From: Planktothrix sp. GU0601_MAG3
GTDB lineage: Bacteria; Cyanobacteriota; Cyanobacteriia; Cyanobacteriales; Microcoleaceae
Direction of reading: 5' to 3'
Assembly (NCBI GenBank): GCA_035193785.1
Contig: CP136572.1
Location: 2,484,578-2,548,577 of the forward strand
Length of the DNA stretch: 64,000 nucleotides
Within the stretch, counting starts at the first letter, position 1. Each line of letters starts with the position of its first letter. The notes beneath the pieces are model-generated. The model saw nothing but the letters and a program-made list of their open reading frames with translations. It ran no database searches and was not told where the DNA came from. A program made the translations under genes and the position numbers. Positions 1 through 10,845 of this stretch are shown here, one piece after another.

Positions 1-707
1 TTGAAACGATCTAAGTCTAAAAACAAGACCCCATATTGATAATTGGAGTCCGTTTTAGTCTGTTCAATTAAGGTTTGAAGCTGATTAATAGACCAAGCTC
101 GATTCGGGAGTCCCGTGAGGGGATCATGATAGGCTTTATGGTGTAGTTGTTGTTCTCTATCTAATAGTTTTTTCTGGGCTTGTTGTAATTCTTGTAGGGT
201 TTGTTGCAATTGGTCGGTACGTTCTTCTACTCGTTTTTCTAGTTCTGTATTTAGTTGATACAATGCTTTTTCTACTTGCTTTTTTTGATGAATTTCATGC
301 TTTAATTGGGTATTTAAAGTATGAAGTTTTAAGTGCAGATTAATCCTGGCTATAATTTCACTTTGATCAAAAGGTTTGGTAATATAGTCTACGGCTCCTA
401 ATTTTAATCCTTTGACTTTCTCCTGGGATTGGCTTAAGGCGGTGATAAAAATAATCGGGATTTCTGCGTAGGTTGGATCAGCTTTCAAATAAGCGCAAAT
501 CTCAAATCCGTCCCAGTCCGAGATCATGATATCTAATAGGATTAAATCTGGAGTGTTTTGATTGATTATTTCCAAGCCCGTTTGTCCATTTAAGGCTGTC
601 CAAACTTCAAATCCGGCATAATCAAGAAGTTCAGATAATACATCAAGATTGATTGAATTATCATCAATAATTAAAATTCTGTTTCTGGGTTTTACGGAGG
701 TATTCAT
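1..707 (-). CDS. Response regulator receiver + GGDEF-type domain protein (runs off window start)
   Basis: Manual translation from ATG at 707: MNTSVKPRNRILIIDDN...PDLILLDIM...GAVDYITKPF, a coiled coil, then AYHDPLTGLPNR...LFLDLDRF (GGDEF domain start). Confidence 0.85.
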   Translation of the reverse strand, partial: MNTSVKPRNRILIIDDNSINLDVLSELLDYAGFEVWTALNGQTGLEIINQNTPDLILLDIMISDWDGFEICAYLKADPTYAEIPIIFITALSQSQEKVKGLKLGAVDYITKPFDQSEIIARINLHLKLHTLNTQLKHEIHQKKQVEKALYQLNTELEKRVEERTDQLQQTLQELQQAQKKLLDREQQLHHKAYHDPLTGLPNRAWSINQLQTLIEQTKTDSNYQYGVLFLDLDRF

Positions 708-1055
708 AATAACTATACTCCTATGGGATATTCTTAAACTCAGCCGGAATTTTGCTGAAAAAGGATATAGGTTTTGGCAAGGTTTTGATTTCGCACTGAT
801 ATAAAAAGTAGAGGATGAAATTTTCGATCCTCAAATATTTCTAGGCTTTTTGTTGCGATGTCACTTGTGAGACTTAAGGGGGGTGGCTATAGAAAACTGT
901 CAGATAGACGAACAGGATCAAGATCAAAGGCAATTACGAGTTTTTTTAATGATCTGGTTAGCTCATGTTTAACAGATATTAATTAATTAACACACTCGGA
1001 GAATAAAAGCAAGAATGCCCAAAAATTCTCTACCATGGAATCACACTTTTAGCCG

Positions 1056-2241
1056 TTAACGGGTGTTTGAGATCAAACGCCTGGGGGACAATTGTGTGAT
1101 GATGAAATCGGGTTGTCCTGTAATCAAGTTTGCAAATCGTTTGGCTAACGGGGGAATAAACACCAAGGGATTACTAAACCCCGAAAACATAAAGATTTGA
1201 TCAAAATTTGCCACCGCACCAATTAAGGGTAGACTATCGGAACTAAAAGCTACTAAACAATGATAGCAAATTGCGGGTAAATTAGCTAAGGCGGGTAAAA
1301 TTGTAGCGATTTCTTGACGAATTAAAGCTTCACTTTCGGCGAGGTTTACCGTCCCATTAACATCGCTTAAAGCCCGAGAAGGTTGACCGATTCTGATGCG
1401 ACCATCGAGTAACTGGGCGGCACTTTTATCGATCATAAATGGGGTTAATTCCTGGCCAGGTTGTTCCCATAAAGGTTCTAATTCGGGTTGGGTGGCTTTG
1501 GCTTCGAGTTGGAAACGTTCCATGGTTGCTGACATGACAATGGTTTGTAATCTTAAATCCACTGGTGGGGTTTCCAGAATTTCGGTATGGGTGAAATAAA
1601 TCGGAACAGAAATCCCGGCATTTTTTAATAGCTGACGGGTGAATCCCCCCGCACAAATTGCCACATTTTCAGCCAGATATTCTCCTAAACGGGTTTGAAT
1701 ATTAACGGCTTGATTTTGCAGAGGATTAATCTGTAAAACTTTATCGATAATTTGGGTTTCCCCCTAAATTTTTAAAGTTTTGAAGATATCCATTATTCAG
1801 ATGTTCTGGGGAAATTTGACCATGGCGAACGGTAAAGGCGCCACCGATACCATTAGGATTTAATAGGGGTTCTAATTTACAGGCTTCTTGAATGGTGATT
1901 AATTCAGGGGGTGTGGCAAAATTGCGATAGTTTTGAGCCAGAATTTCTGGATCAGTAGCGCGATTAAAGGGTAAAACTAAATCTAATTCTCTTAACTCCG
2001 TATTTACCCCTAATTCTTGGGATAGGATTTGGTGATATTTTTTGCCTTCCTCGCATAATGTTCGGGTGAGTTCCGTTGTTCCTGACCAATAAGCTAAACC
2101 TCCATAGCTATAGCGAGTTGCACCCGTTAGCATAGGATTTGGATCTAATAAAAGTACCTTAAATCCTTTTTTAGCTAATTCATAACTGAGTGCAGAACCT
2201 GTAATTCCAGCCCCAACTACAATCCAATCATAAGTGTTCAT
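1056..2241 (-). CDS. FAD-dependent oxidoreductase, glycine/D-amino acid oxidase family (two ORFs joined across frameshift at ~1756)
   Basis: N-terminal VVGAGITG FAD motif; C-terminal DSLPLIG motif; removing one T from GTTTC at 1756-1760 joins the frames. Confidence 0.8.
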
Positions 2242-2412
2242 GGAATTTTCTTGATAGCTGCAAAATTTTTAGTAGACTCCTGACCTATTATACAATCAAT
2301 GCAGGTTCTATACAATTTATTTAAAATTCCTATAGGTTTGAATCAGATTAATTATTTTAAATTTGAAATTTGAAAGTAAAACTGCTTATAATAAAATCAG
2401 TTTTCACACTCA

Positions 2413-2431
2413 AATCATAAAAATTATGATT
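2413..2431. promoter_or_regulatory. Palindrome AATCATAA-AAA-TTATGATT upstream of the cytochrome b gene; possible regulator operator
   Basis: Perfect 8-bp inverted repeat followed by two GATTCATAATT direct repeats. The region is AT-rich, so it could be chance. Confidence 0.3.
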
Positions 2432-2481
2432 CATAATTGATTCATAATTCCTCAACAATAAACCCAAATAAGAGTTTTACA

Positions 2482-3091
2482 ATGTCTAAAACACAACCAT
2501 ATCAACCTTTGTTTCTGAGAGTTTCCCATGCTTTAAATGCTTTTTTGGTTCTGGGTGCTTTCCTGACTGGATTTTTGGTTTATGATAGCTATGATCGGCA
2601 ATTTGGTGGCTTAGGATTAACCACAGAAAAGCGCAGTTTAATTGATATTCATGGAAACCTTTGGATTTTTCTTGTTGTTTGTTTATTTGATTTTTGTAGT
2701 TTATAGTTTAATAGCCCAAAGAAAAAAGTTAATTCAAAGAAATACACTGCAAACATTAACTCAAATCAATAAACCCGCTTGGTGGTATACCCTGCTTAGG
2801 ATTGGTAATACTTTAGCTTTAATTGCGGTGGCATTAGCGGTAATTTCAGGAAAGTTTCAAGAAGAAGAATGGCTTGTTAATGGAGAAATTAATCACCTAT
2901 GGTATTTTCTGCATTTAATCGCTTGGGTGATAATTTTATTTTCGATTATGATTCATGTTTTAATGGCAATCAAAGTCGGAGGTATGCCATTAATTATTTC
3001 TATGTTTAATACCCATTATCAACCCCAGGATCATCCTAAATTCTGGTTTGGAAATGTTAAAAATTGGTTTTATCGGGTTTTAAATAAATAG
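2482..3091 (+). CDS. Cytochrome b/b6-domain membrane protein (frameshift at ~2654)
   Basis: PYQPLFLRVSH, IDIHG and HLIAW...IHVLM histidines in TM helices; removing one A from GAAAC at 2654-2658 joins the ORFs. Confidence 0.75.
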
Positions 3092-3398
3092 GATCACGGA
3101 TTTAAGAGGATTACGCAGATTAACGCGGATTAAAATCCGTGAAATCCTCTTTTAAATAAATAGGATCACGGATTTAAGAGGATTACGCAGATTAACGCGG
3201 ATTAAAATCCGTGAAATCCTCTTTTAAATAAATAGGATCACGGATTTAAGAGGATTACGCAGATTAACGCGGATTAAAATCTGTGAAATCCGTGAAATCC
3301 TCTTTTAAATAAATAGGATCACGGATTTAAGAGGATGACGCAGATTAACACGGATTAAAATCTGTGAAATCCGTGAAATCCTCTTAAATCCGCGATCC
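3078..3398. repeat. Four tandem copies (periods 72, 72, 81 bp) of a palindromic element built from ~9-bp subunits
   Basis: GGATCACGGATTTAAGAGGAT starts at 3091, 3163, 3235 and 3316; the last copy ends in its reverse complement ATCCTCTTAAATCCGCGATCC. Confidence 0.95.
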
Positions 3399-3404
3399 CG
3401 TTTC

Positions 3405-4098
3405 CTAACAATATTTAGAGATATCTTCGTGACATTCATCAGCCAGATAACACAGTGCCCGGAAACGTAATCCGGTAAATTGTTCGTATAAAGGATTTAG
3501 TTTACACATGGGGGGAATATGAACAATTTTGCGTCCAAATATAATTAGATCTCGTTCAAAAGGACACTGGGGCGGAATCAATTTACAGACAGCATGAGCC
3601 ACCTTAGAATCATGAATTTCCAAGTCATCCAGCCAATGTTTAACCGGGGAGAGAACATCAATATGATGGTCATGGGGGCTATGATCAATACAAACCTGTG
3701 GTAACTCCCCCGATTGAATTTTAGACAAATCTTGTAAGGTTTTTCGCAATGTATCCAAGGCCTCAATTTTGAGGTTTAATGCTTGACAAAATTGATGTAA
3801 TAAATCATCCTCACAAATGGAGTAAATTCCATCGGCTAAAGCCACCATTACAGCCGTTCTCAGGAAGTTTTCTGCTAGTTTAGGATTAGTTCCTAAAATA
3901 GAGCCTAACTCCTCGGGTGAAATTGGCTCTAAACTATCAACATTAGTAACAGCGACTAATTCATCATGGGTTAACGCATCAATTAATTGATGTTCGTCTT
4001 CATCAAAATTGCCATCCGCCCAAGCTAGGGTTAAAAGTCCACGCATCCACGCCAGACTTTGTTTCTGTAGTGTATGGAATTTGGGATGTGCTAGTCAT
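3405..4098 (-). CDS. TerB-like + Mo-dependent nitrogenase C-terminal-domain family protein
   Basis: AWADG/ALADG TerB motifs; CKLIPPQCPFERD...IPPMCKLNPLY. Start extended to ATG 4098 via frameshift at GTTTC 4061. Confidence 0.8.
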
Positions 4099-4374
4099 AG
4101 GTTTTCCTTTGTACAAAATCTCCTATCCAAAGACTTGAATGTAAATCCGTCGAAAATTTGTCCGACCGACTACATTTGTCCTTAACATACTCAGCTATTT
4201 TGTTTTGTGTTAGGACAGTGGGCCAAACAACAAGACTAAGCTTTTCTGATTATTTCTATGCTAACCCGAACTAGAATTTCTTCAATAAATTGCTCAGACG
4301 CAAAACCAACGCCATAGCGAATGCAACGGCGTTGGAAATTTCACACAATCAAATAATTTCTCAGGGTGAAGGGA

Positions 4375-4674
4375 TCAGCTACTACCTGTGAAGATAACTT
4401 CAGGAAATTTGGATTGAGCTTCGCTGATGGGGCGATTTCTGCCTTCTTCTTGCCAATAATTGATCACTTCGGTTGCTTTATTCAGCAGTTCAACTTGATC
4501 AGGTTCAGAAATCCAATGTTTGGACTCCATTTCCGTTTTCAGTTGTTCCCAAGCATCGTTGCGGGGCCAGAAAAAGTAGGAGGTTAAAGGACTTGTCCCC
4601 TTACCCACCACTTGATCCACCGCCAGGGCTACATTCTCATCTAGCCACAGAACTTTTAATACAAACCTTGACAA
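4375..4674 (-). CDS. ycf65: 30S ribosomal protein PSRP-3 (Ycf65)
   Basis: [18 protein letters not shown]...[20 protein letters not shown] signature. Confidence 0.95.
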   Translation of the reverse strand: MSRFVLKVLWLDENVALAVDQVVGKGTSPLTSYFFWPRNDAWEQLKTEMESKHWISEPDQVELLNKATEVINYWQEEGRNRPISEAQSKFPEVIFTGSS

Positions 4675-4847
4675 TTACACCTCCGCTGTCTATCCCAGGC
4701 TGAAAAAAAATATTACAATCCCCTATAGTATCAGATCTTTCACCGAATTTTTCATAACTTGTTAACGGAATTACTTTGAATCGAGATTTGCGTCGGTGTA
4801 GCCTTGGGGTGTAGCCTGGAGCATGGGATAACCAGGTTAACTTATTT

Positions 4848-5636
4848 ATGCTCAAAACTGCTATCGTCGTTTTTGATATTGATGGAGTAATTCGGGACGT
4901 CGGGGGTTCCTATCGGCGGGCGATCGCAGACACCGTAGAACAGTTTACCAGTTCCTACCGTCCCAGCCTCACCGATATTGATGATCTCAAATCCGAAGGA
5001 ATTTGGAATAACGACTGGGAAGCCTCCCAAGAATTAGTCTATCGTTACTGGGAAGCCCAGGGACAAACCCGCTCCCAGATTTCCCTCAACTATCAACACC
5101 TGGTCGATTTTTTCCAGTCCCGCTATCGTGGCCCAAATCCCGAACCCTGGACAGGTTATATTACCTCCGAGCCCCTACTGTGCACCCCTAAATACTTTCA
5201 AGACTTGACGGAAAATAATATTTCTTGGGGTTTCTTTAGCGGGGCGATGCGGGACGAAGCCCTCTATGTTTTGCAGGGTAAACTAAATTTAGGTGTTCCC
5301 GTATTAAGGGCGATGGAAGACGTCCCGGGAAAACCTGACCCGACGGGACTATTGGAAGTGATCGCCGAATTAGAAACCACAGAAAATCCACCAACTCCGG
5401 TTTTTTATGTTGGGGATACGGTAGCCGATTTATACACAGTAACAAAAGCCAAACAACTCCAACCTGATCGCCTTTGGGTCGGTGTGGGAGTGCTTCCGCC
5501 CCATATTCAACAGGCTGATCCAGAACGTCGTCAAGCCTATCAACATAACTTAGAAACCGCCGGAGCAACAACAGTATTAAGTCATTTAGAGGCCCTAACC
5601 CCAACAAAAATTCAGGAATTAATACTGTATAAATAA
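4848..5636 (+). CDS. HAD-family hydrolase (TIGR01548-like)
   Basis: FDIDGV motif I, GKPDP, YVGDTVAD. Confidence 0.85.
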   Translation: MLKTAIVVFDIDGVIRDVGGSYRRAIADTVEQFTSSYRPSLTDIDDLKSEGIWNNDWEASQELVYRYWEAQGQTRSQISLNYQHLVDFFQSRYRGPNPEPWTGYITSEPLLCTPKYFQDLTENNISWGFFSGAMRDEALYVLQGKLNLGVPVLRAMEDVPGKPDPTGLLEVIAELETTENPPTPVFYVGDTVADLYTVTKAKQLQPDRLWVGVGVLPPHIQQADPERRQAYQHNLETAGATTVLSHLEALTPTKIQELILYK

Positions 5637-5641
5637 TCCCG

Positions 5642-6934
5642 TTGTTGCGCTTGGGCGCAATCTTATTCAATATGGAAAATGCGGTTGATATTTTAATCCT
5701 TTCTAATGGCCCCGGTGAAATCACAACTTGGGTATGTCCGGTTGTTCAAGCATTACGACAACAGCTACAAAATCAACCTTTTCAAATTAGAATTTCCCTA
5801 ATATTATCTCCTTGTCCCAATGCTACCGGAAACGAAGTTAATATTGCTCGTTCTTACCCGGAAATTGATCGAGTTCAAGGAGCAGAATATTTTTGGCAAT
5901 TTTTGTTATTAGGAAAAACCGCCGAACATTGGGACTGGTATAAACAAGGCGTAGTTTTATTTTTAGGAGGAGATCAATTTTTTACCCTGATTATTAGTAA
6001 AAAGTTGGGATATCGCAGCGTTATTTATGCCGAATGGGAGGCGCGTTGGTGGCGTTATATTGATCGATTTGGGGTAATGAAACCGGAGATTTTAGCTAAT
6101 ATTCCCCAACCCTATCAAGCCAAATTAGAAGCGATCGGGGATTTAATGGCCGATGTGACTATATCGAATTCTTCTACTATTATTTCCGATGATATTATAA
6201 TTGGATTATTACCCGGTTCTAAAGCCTCAAAATTAACCCAAGGAATGGCATTAGCCTTAGCAATATCTGAATATTTATATCAAAAACGTCCTAAAATTAG
6301 ATTAGTTATTCCCGTTGCGCCTACCTTAGATTTACAAACCTTAGCCAAATTTGCCGATGCCGAATCCAATCCTATTATAGCACAATTTGGAGGAATTTCG
6401 GGAAAATTACACTTAGGAAATCCGGCTTATTTAGAAACTAAAAATGGAGTTAAAATAGAACTTTATACCCAATTTCCGGCTTATGATTTACTCTCAAAGT
6501 GTCAGATATGTTTAACCACAGTGGGAGCAAATACCGCTCAATTAGGCGCGTTAGCTGTACCGATGATTGTGTTATTACCCACTCAACAATTAGATGCAAT
6601 GCGGTCTTGGGATGGTATCCCCGGAATTTTAGCCAATTTACCGGGGTTGGGTGCTATTTTTGCTAAAATTATTAATAGATTAGTATTAAAACAGGGTAAA
6701 CTATTTGCTTGGCCGAATATTTGGGCGAAACAGGAAATTGTTCCCGAATTAGTTGGAGAATTAAAAGCCGAAGATATCGGAAATTTAGTCTTAAATTATT
6801 TAGACCATCCCGAACAATTAGAAGCAATGCGTCAGCGTTTACGAGAAGTTAGAGGAAAACCAGGAGCCGCTCAAAAATTAGCAAATATTGTGATTAAGGA
6901 ATGCTTAAAACTCACAACCTATTTTAATAATTAA
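5642..6934 (+). CDS. Lipid-A-disaccharide synthase-related glycosyltransferase
   Basis: ILSNGPGE, GLLPGSK and TVGANTAQLG motifs of the cyanobacterial LpxB-like family. Confidence 0.75.
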   Translation: MLRLGAILFNMENAVDILILSNGPGEITTWVCPVVQALRQQLQNQPFQIRISLILSPCPNATGNEVNIARSYPEIDRVQGAEYFWQFLLLGKTAEHWDWYKQGVVLFLGGDQFFTLIISKKLGYRSVIYAEWEARWWRYIDRFGVMKPEILANIPQPYQAKLEAIGDLMADVTISNSSTIISDDIIIGLLPGSKASKLTQGMALALAISEYLYQKRPKIRLVIPVAPTLDLQTLAKFADAESNPIIAQFGGISGKLHLGNPAYLETKNGVKIELYTQFPAYDLLSKCQICLTTVGANTAQLGALAVPMIVLLPTQQLDAMRSWDGIPGILANLPGLGAIFAKIINRLVLKQGKLFAWPNIWAKQEIVPELVGELKAEDIGNLVLNYLDHPEQLEAMRQRLREVRGKPGAAQKLANIVIKECLKLTTYFNN

Positions 6935-6981
6935 AATTATGACTTCCGAGATGGTAAAGTTTAGGAAATTTTAAGTTATGT

Positions 6982-7303
6982 TTATTTTCGATTCTGAGCT
7001 TTTTCATAAGCAGGATCATGTTCAGCAAAACTGAGAAGAAACTACTCGCTTCGGGGAAGGATTTTCATAAATGCGATAAACTAGACGATAAGAAACTCCA
7101 TTCCAATCTATTTCCAGAGCGCGACATCCCTTTAGTTTTCCGATTAAATTATGACTAGAAATACCTAGAGTTTGATAGGGATCTAAAGCGAGGATTTTTT
7201 GGTATTTTTGCCAGTTATTCTGAAGTTGTAACGGTAATCGAGAAATATCATCCTGTACTTCTTTAACCATTTGCACAAGATAAGAATTTTTAGCTTTGCC
7301 CAT
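6982..7303 (-). CDS. Putative RelE/ParE-superfamily toxin (frameshift at ~7038)
   Basis: Small basic protein with SHNLIGKLKGCRALEI...YRLVYRI; corrected C-terminus VVLLSFAEHDPAYEKAQNRK; overlaps the upstream small acidic gene. Confidence 0.6.
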
Positions 7304-7550
7304 TATTAACCCACTGTTTTAATTCATCTTCATCAATTTCTGAGTTGGCTTCTATTATAGTTATCAATTGGCTAGGATTTTCTAACTGTGGCAATCTTTC
7401 CATAGCTAAAGTTTCGGCTGACCAAGTTTGAGAGTTATCTTCTAAGATAATAATTACCTCAACCTTTGCTCCTTGGGGAAATTGGGGAGTTTTAATAGTG
7501 ACTGTGCCATCAGACTGAACAAAAGTAGTTTGACGAATTGCCTGAGCCAT
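7290..7550 (-). CDS. Putative antitoxin
   Basis: 86 aa, acidic, N-terminal beta motif VQSDGTVTI...GAKVEVII; overlaps the toxin start. Confidence 0.55.
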   Translation of the reverse strand: MAQAIRQTTFVQSDGTVTIKTPQFPQGAKVEVIIILEDNSQTWSAETLAMERLPQLENPSQLITIIEANSEIDEDELKQWVNNGQS

Positions 7551-7733
7551 GTTTAGGATTTTTATAGCGAAATAAATAATTAGTAGGATCAGTTATAACA
7601 TAAAGTAAACTACTCCGTTGGGGCGCACCATTGCGGTCGCTTTGACGGTCACGGGTAAGGGAGTAAAAGCAAATACGGTGAAAGCGATCGCTACTTTCCC
7701 GATGTGCTAATCCGATGGGTATACCTGATTCCA

Positions 7734-8663
7734 TTAATATCCTTGGGATAGATCAATAGCATTATTTAATATTAATCCCTCTTGACTATTTTGGATAGCT
7801 GTAATAATTTGGGGTGCGACGGAAGCGGGAATAGTTTGAGCCGCAATATGAGGAGTGATAATAATTTGGGGATGTGTCCAAAAAGGGTGATTTTTGGGTA
7901 AAGGTTCGATTTGAAACACATCTAAACAGGCGCCGGAAAGTTGACCGGATGTTAAGGCAGTTAATAGGTCTTCCTCAACTAAATGTTTCCCCCTGGCGAC
8001 ATTAATTAAATAAGCTCCTTGGGGTAAAGCCGCAAAGGTGTTTTGATTTAAAATTCCTGCGGTTTCTGGTGTTAAAGGTAATAAACAAACTAAAACCGAA
8101 CATTCACTTAAAAATAGATTTAATTGTGCTTCTCCCGAAAAACAATTAATATTATCTAAAATTTTAGGTGTCCGACTCCAACCTCGCACCGAAAACCCCA
8201 ATAGATTTAATTTTTGAGCAATATCTGAACCCAAAACCCCTAACCCTAAAATTCCTACGGTACAATTTGCCGTATTTCTAGGAGATAAACCCCGCCATAA
8301 CTGTTGATTTTGCTGAATTTTATACCGCGTAAATTGACGATGAAACTGTAAAATTGCTGATAGAATATATTCCGACATTTGGCAGGTTAAAGATTCATCT
8401 ACTAACCGGACAATGGGAATATGAGCAGGTAAATTCGGATCTCGTAAAATATGATCCACACCCGCCCCCGCAGAGATAATTACCTTTAAATTAGGGAATT
8501 TTTGAATAACTCCCAATGGGTGCATCCAAACTAAAACCGCGTCAATATCTGCTAAATTATCAACATCGGGATAAACTGCAATTTTTAAATCGGGTTGATG
8601 AGTTTTGATAGCCGAAATCCAAACTTGAGTATCTTCAAATTCCCCTAATAATAAAAGAGTCAT
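7734..8663 (-). CDS. ghrA: Glyoxylate/hydroxypyruvate reductase A-type 2-hydroxyacid dehydrogenase
   Basis: GAGVDH, GLGVLG, LINVARG, LDVF..EPLP, TPHIA. Confidence 0.85.
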   Translation of the reverse strand: MTLLLLGEFEDTQVWISAIKTHQPDLKIAVYPDVDNLADIDAVLVWMHPLGVIQKFPNLKVIISAGAGVDHILRDPNLPAHIPIVRLVDESLTCQMSEYILSAILQFHRQFTRYKIQQNQQLWRGLSPRNTANCTVGILGLGVLGSDIAQKLNLLGFSVRGWSRTPKILDNINCFSGEAQLNLFLSECSVLVCLLPLTPETAGILNQNTFAALPQGAYLINVARGKHLVEEDLLTALTSGQLSGACLDVFQIEPLPKNHPFWTHPQIIITPHIAAQTIPASVAPQIITAIQNSQEGLILNNAIDLSQGY

Positions 8664-8673
8664 TTTTTTAGCC

Positions 8674-9354
8674 CTAAATAGTTATTAACCATTTTTGAAA
8701 CTCACGACGAACAGAAGTTCGACCCGATTTAATATTATCTTTAATAATTTGGGGTAAACTTTCTAAGGCTATTTCAGGAAAAACTAAACTTCTAGGTGTG
8801 GGTTGATAATCTCCACCCTGTAACTGATAAATTTTCAGTTTATTTTGATCACAACGCCAAACTTCGGGAATGCCTAAACGAGCATAAATTGAACGTCTGG
8901 AGAGAGATTTTTGGGTTAAATCAATTTCTAATACCAAATCCGGGGGAGGATTTTCGGGTAAACTAATAGTTAATTGTTTTTCAATAGCAGATAGGTTTTG
9001 AATATAAAAACAACTATCCACTTCTAAACTAATTTTTAAATCCGGTCGTTGCCATAAAGCCGAACCCAAACAACGATAATTAATGTTTTGTAAATCCAAT
9101 AAGGCAATCATAAATTCTTCTAAAATTTCTCGATACTCCTGATGTTCCGGTGAAGGAGTAATCAATTCTAAAGTTCCATTATCATAAGCTAAGAGAGTCC
9201 CGCCATTTTTTTGCCGTTTAAACAGAATAGTTTCTAAATCCTGCCAGGGGATATTGTCAAGGAGGATATTACCAGGATGGGGAGATTTATACATTGTAGC
9301 AATGGGAAAACTATAGAATAATTTATGTGATTTTATCCGATCTTGGTACACCAA
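8674..9354 (-). CDS. Uma2-family endonuclease
   Basis: YDNGTLEL..PSPEH, EVDSCFYI, PPDLVLEID, YARLGIPEVW. True start may be downstream. Confidence 0.85.
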   Translation of the reverse strand: MVYQDRIKSHKLFYSFPIATMYKSPHPGNILLDNIPWQDLETILFKRQKNGGTLLAYDNGTLELITPSPEHQEYREILEEFMIALLDLQNINYRCLGSALWQRPDLKISLEVDSCFYIQNLSAIEKQLTISLPENPPPDLVLEIDLTQKSLSRRSIYARLGIPEVWRCDQNKLKIYQLQGGDYQPTPRSLVFPEIALESLPQIIKDNIKSGRTSVRREFQKWLITI

Positions 9355-9489
9355 TATAGACCAGAATGATCTAAAATGGGGTAATCAATATTTATAGGAC
9401 TTACGCAGAAACCCGGTTTCTTTGGTCTTGTGCGTAAGTCCTGATTTAATTATTTTACTAAATTGTCCCATTTTAGGAGAATTTGACCT

Positions 9490-9811
9490 ATGCCCAGAGG
9501 GTCTTTTGCAGAACTCAACAGCACGACGACAACCCAAATTACTTTCTATTATGATGATGGCCATGAGGAGGCTTTTAGCGTTCCGATTCCGCCTGTGGAA
9601 TTCGTCCAGCAACTACCCCAACTTTTAGATCAATCATGGCTGACCTTTCACCTAGTTGATCAAACGGTGATGGTTAATATGGCTAAGGTGGAAAAATTGG
9701 AGTTAAAACCGCCAGTATACCCGAGTTACAAGGACAGGGAGCTTTCTTAAATTGTCAACGGGTAACTGCCCTGCATCGGGGTGCGGTCGGTCGTTTAAAA
9801 ATGAATGAGTA
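9490..9811 (+). CDS. Conserved cyanobacterial hypothetical protein (frameshift near 9716)
   Basis: A shifted frame continues PELQGQGAFLNCQRVTALHRGAVGRLKMNE to TAA at 9809-9811. Confidence 0.6.
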
Positions 9812-9845
9812 AAGTTATTAAATAACCCATAAAATTTGGTGATTT

Positions 9846-10805
9846 ATGTCAACTGTGTCTTTAATTCGGACTGATTCTTATAACCCTCAAGTATTAGAAA
9901 AATCCCTGGAAACTTTACTCGCACCCATGGGAGGAATGACCGCTTTTGTCAAACCGGGCGATCGCGTTTTACTCAAACCGAATTTATTAACAGGAAGTCG
10001 TCCCACCAAAGAATGTGTTACTCGCCCGGAGTTGGTCGCAGCCGTGGCTAAACTGGTAATTCAGGCGGGAGGAAAACCCTTTTTAGGAGATAGTCCCGCC
10101 TTTGGTAGTGCTTTAGGTGTCGCCCGGAAAAATGGTTATTTACCCTTAATTGAATCCTTGAATTTACCAATAGTTGAATTTAAGGGAAAACGCTATGAAA
10201 CCGTCGGGGAAGGGTTCGATCATTTACGGTTAAGTAAAGAAGCGATGGAAGCTGACGTGGTGATTAATTTACCTAAATTAAAATCCCATGTTCAATTAAC
10301 CCTAACCATGGGAGTTAAAAATCTTTTTGGTTGTGTCCCTGGAAAAATGAAAGCCTGGTGGCATTTAGAAGCGGGAAAAGATGTCGATCGGTTTGGGGAA
10401 ATGTTAGTAGAAACTGCCCGGGCAATTAATCCCAATTTAACCATTTTGGATGCAATTATCGGCCATGAAGGTAATGGCCCCAGTAGTGGAGAACCCAAGG
10501 AATTAGGGATTTTAGCTGCTGCTGATCATGTATTTTCTTTAGATAGAACCATTGTTGATATTCTTCAGGTTGATCCGACTTGGGTTCCAACTATTATGGC
10601 GGCTGAACGCTTAGGATTATGTCCCGAATTAACGGAGATTAATTATCCTTTATTAACCCCTAAAGAATTACAGGTTTCCGACTGGAAATTACCCGCAGCC
10701 TTAGTTCCCATTGATTTTGGTTTACCTCGGGTTTTAAAGTCTAGTTTTCGACACTTTTATATTCGTTGGATTAAAGAACCTATGGAAACCTATACTAACC
10801 GTTAG
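9846..10805 (+). CDS. DUF362 domain protein
   Basis: VLLKPNLL, INLPKLKSH, GVKNLFG, GHEGNGP. Confidence 0.85.
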   Translation: MSTVSLIRTDSYNPQVLEKSLETLLAPMGGMTAFVKPGDRVLLKPNLLTGSRPTKECVTRPELVAAVAKLVIQAGGKPFLGDSPAFGSALGVARKNGYLPLIESLNLPIVEFKGKRYETVGEGFDHLRLSKEAMEADVVINLPKLKSHVQLTLTMGVKNLFGCVPGKMKAWWHLEAGKDVDRFGEMLVETARAINPNLTILDAIIGHEGNGPSSGEPKELGILAAADHVFSLDRTIVDILQVDPTWVPTIMAAERLGLCPELTEINYPLLTPKELQVSDWKLPAALVPIDFGLPRVLKSSFRHFYIRWIKEPMETYTNR

Positions 10806-10845
10806 AAGTGGGATTTTAACAAGTTCTTTTATCAGTCTTTGAGGT

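Noticed and set aside
3078..3398. Possible CRISPR array
   Set aside because: The units are near-identical end to end with no unique spacers; it is a tandem palindrome.
3405..4098. Nitrogen fixation gene
   Set aside because: The 'Mo-dependent nitrogenase C-terminal' domain is widespread in non-fixing cyanobacteria, and there are no nif genes here.
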